From: the human T2T-CHM13v2.0 reference genome, Homo sapiens
Reading direction: 5' to 3' (one strand)
DNA length: 64,000 nucleotides
Assembly (NCBI RefSeq): GCF_009914755.1
Contig: NC_060930.1
Shown: piece after piece, positions 59,784 through 64,000 of the stretch
Layout: each line of letters starts with the position of its first letter
How positions within the stretch are numbered: the stretch's first letter is position 1
Position numbers and translations under genes: made by a program
Notes under the pieces: generated by a model
Databases searched by the model: none
Told to the model about the DNA's origin: nothing
Seen by the model: the letters and a program-made list of their open reading frames with translations, nothing else

Positions 59784-60342
59784 TGTAGGGCATCAGAGTA
59801 TGCCACCCCAAAATATGCCACTTTGGCATAAAGATATTTTGAGCTAAAGGCAAATGAGAATCAACAGATGCAGAAAGAAGCCTCCTTGGAGCTTCCATTA
59901 TCTGACTACAAACAGAATATCCTGAAAAATAGGACTGCAATAATCCCCCCTCCCAGGGGAGTTTTGTGGCCATGAGGACAGAGTCAGCACCAAGATGGGT
60001 CCGCATGTAGACCTTACTAAAAAACCCTATCTACTGTTAGTTTCCCCCATATATCTACCTTCTCACAGTTTGCCACCCAGAAAAGCAGAAACTCCTTTTT
60101 CTTGTCTTGTCACTACTCTAAAATTTTATTGTTCTTTGTTAAGGTGAGAAATATGGCCAAGTTCTAACCACTCCTTTGAGTTACTCATGACTGAGTTCTC
60201 CTGTGCGTATGCACACTGACCTGTTGATAAACTGTTTTTCTCTTGTTAATTTCTCTTGTTAATGTCTCTGTCAATTTAATTTCCAGAGCCCCAGATAGGG
60301 AACCTAGGAGGGGAGGGAGAGGATAGGTTATCCTCCCCAACA
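59784..60342 (+). mobile_element. MER34-type ERV1 solo LTR
   Basis: TGTAGGGCATCAGAGTATGCCACCCCAAAATATGCCACTTTGGCATAA...CCTCCCCAACA. Confidence 0.75.
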
Positions 60343-60535
60343 GAAGCATATGGAACTCTACTGCTATAAGGTTCTTATGAAGCATATCAAGCTGTACAAT
60401 ATTACCTCTAAGTGGATTGTGATAAAGTTGTGTATTGTAATCACTACAGTAACTACTAAAAAACGCAAAGAGGCAAAAATACTAGATGTTGTTATTTTTA
60501 TAAATGTTAAGAAGATTTTATGTAAAAGAAGGTAG

Positions 60536-60833
60536 GGGCTGGGTGCAGCAGCTTACGCCTGTAATCCCAGCACTTTGGGAGGCCAAGGCGGGTGGATCAT
60601 GAGGTCAGGAGTTCAAGACCAGCCTGGCCAAGATGGTGAAACCCCGTCTCTACTAAAAAGACAAAAATTAACCGGGCGTGGTGGCATGTGCCTGTAATCC
60701 CAGCTATTCGGGAGGCTGAGGCAGAGAACTACCTAAACCCCAGAGGCGGAGGTTGCAGTGAGCCAAGATCGCGGCACTGCAGTCCAGCCTGGCGACAGAG
60801 TGAGACTATCTCAAACAAACAACAACAAAAAAA
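60536..60833 (+). mobile_element. AluS (Sg-like)
   Basis: TSD AAAAGAAGGTAG. Confidence 0.95.
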
Positions 60834-61560
60834 GAAGGTAGAGAAGGGAAAATAGGGGAAATAAAAATAGATGAGAAAGTAAGAAATAAATATGAAGCCA
60901 GTAGACTTAAACCATATCAGACAAGCAAGATCTAATTATATGCTGTCTTCAAGAAAAGCATTTTAAATATAGACACACAAAAAGGATAAAAGCAAAAAGA
61001 TGAAAGATGTTATTATGGAAATGATAAGCATAAGAAAACTGGGGTGGCTATATTACTTTTGGAGAAAATAGATAGCAAGAGATGGAGTATTACTAAAGAG
61101 AAAGAGAAAGATTTTATAATTCCAAAAGGTCCAATACATCAGGAAGAAATAATAATATACAGTACTTCAAACTACCTGCCGCAAAAAATGACAGAGATAA
61201 AGGAAGAAGAAGAAGATCCCCAATCATGATTGGAGATTTTCACACCTGCCTCTCAGGAACTGATAGAACAACTAGAACAAAAAACATTATTATCAAGAAA
61301 ATGGAAGCTATGAATGACACTATCAACCATTTTGACTTCATAGATATTTATGAAACACCACATCTAACAAATGCAGAATAATCATTCTTAGCAAGTGCAC
61401 ATAAAACATTAACCACGGTGGAGCATTGTCATACACATCTCAGTAAATTTTGAAAGACTAACATTTTAAAGTATGTTCTCTGTCCACAAGTGAATTAAAT
61501 TAGAAACCAATAAGATATCTAAAAAAGCATCAAATATTTAAAAATTAAACATTTTTCTAA

Positions 61561-61872
<312 letters not shown>

Positions 61873-62283
61873 AATACCTCCTTTTTAAAGAAGAAATCAC
61901 AAGATAAATTAGAAAATACTTCAAACCAAACAATAATAAAAATATGACATATCAAAATGTATAGATCATAAATGAGTAGAGAAAAAAATTACAACTTTAA
62001 ATGTTTACATTAGAAAGAAAGAAAGGCTTAAAGTCAACTATCCAAGTATCCATCTTTAAAAAAAAATGAGCAATATAAACCCAAAGCAAGCAGAAGAAAT
62101 GTCAGAATTCAATGAAATAGAAAATAAACAAAAATAGAGAAATATTTAAAGACAAATTTGATTCTTTGAAAAGGTTAATCAAATTAATAAACCCTAACAA
62201 GACTGATCAAGTAAAAATAAAGGGAAAAAATAATTTTTCAATATCATAAATGAGAGTATGGGATATCACTTCAGACCTTATAG

Positions 62284-62622
<339 letters not shown>

Positions 62623-62894
62623 TAAATTTAACAACTTAAATGAAATTAATAGATGCCTTGAAAAATACAGCTTACAAAAACTAACACAGATGAAATTTTA
62701 AAAATCTGAATATCTTTATATCTACCAAAGAAATCAAATTCACACTCAAAAACTTTCCTACGCTGTTTCTCTGGCAAATTAAACACTTAAGAAAGAAATA
62801 TACCATAGTGAACATTTAAGGAACATATTAAACATTTAAGGAAGAAATGATACCCATCTTACCCAACTCTTAGGAAATAGAAAAGAAAAGCAAA

Positions 62895-63207
<313 letters not shown>

Positions 63208-63691
63208 TCAATTCATTCTATGTGGCTATCCTAGCCCTGATACCAAAACCTGTCAGAGACATTATTAGAAAAAAAGAAAATGATAAACCAAAATACCTTA
63301 TGAATAAAGTCCTTAACAAGATATTAGCAAACCAAATCCAACAATAAAAAAGAAATAATAGATCACGACCAAGTGGGGTTTATTCCAGGATTGTAAGGTT
63401 GGTTTAACATTCAAAAATCAGCAATGTAACCAACTATATTAACAGAATAAAGGATAAAAACCACATGATCATTTCACAGATGCAGAAAAACCATTCAACA
63501 AAAATCAACACTCATTCATGAAATTTTAAAAATTTCAGTAATCTAGGAATAGAACTGATAAAGAGATCTATTGAAAACCTACAGCCTACATCATACTTAA
63601 TGGTGATTTACTGAACACTTGCCCCATAAGATCAGGAAAAATGTAGAGATGGCCATTCTCACCATTTCTGTTAAACATTGTACTGGAGATC

Positions 63692-63978
63692 TGTGGTGGT
63701 CATGAGAATACACTTTGTACACCTGCTACTAAAGAGAATGTAATTGACCAAGGGCCCCAGCCATTGAACTCTGAAATTGACTGGAGTCACAGGACTCTGG
63801 CTTAGTGATATTCCTTGCAAATATTCCTCATGCAGCATAGCAGTCTAGAATGCTTCCACCTACTCGTCCTTCCCTTTCTCCTTTACTTTCTCACATCAGT
63901 ATCTGATGGCTCCTCCAGCTTGTGGGAATCCCTCTGCATTTTGTATCCTACAGGCATTTTCCACAATAAAATCCTTGT
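63692..63978 (+). mobile_element. LTR16-like ERVL LTR relic
   Basis: TGTGGTGGTCATG start; CAGGCATTTTCCACAATAAA near the end. Confidence 0.55.
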
Positions 63979-64000
63979 TTTTTTAAGAGACAGACAGGGT

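Overview
Primate (human-like) non-coding genomic DNA, intergenic or deep intronic. I found no credible protein-coding exon, RNA gene or CRISPR array, and I could not assign the locus. Contents: about 30 Alus; a 4-kb twin-primed L1PA element; older L1M, L2 and MIR relics; several solo LTRs (THE1, HERV-K LTR5, LTR8, MER41A, MER34-like, MLT1, LTR16-like); and DNA-transposon fossils (MER1B, MER63, MER5A, MADE1, MER81, MER53). The most striking element is a ~4-kb G-rich tandem array (48221-52206). It has almost no C on the + strand, shows higher-order structure, appears to have grown inside an L2 relic, and leaves a 1403-codon low-complexity ORF on the minus strand. Also notable: a consensus CTCF motif followed by a cluster of six AP-1 sites (30.8-39.9 kb, candidate enhancer block), two fold-back hairpin scars, and a multi-layer nested insertion. 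No novel gene system can be established from sequence alone. Repeat subfamily names come from recalled consensus sequences and need RepeatMasker/Dfam confirmation.
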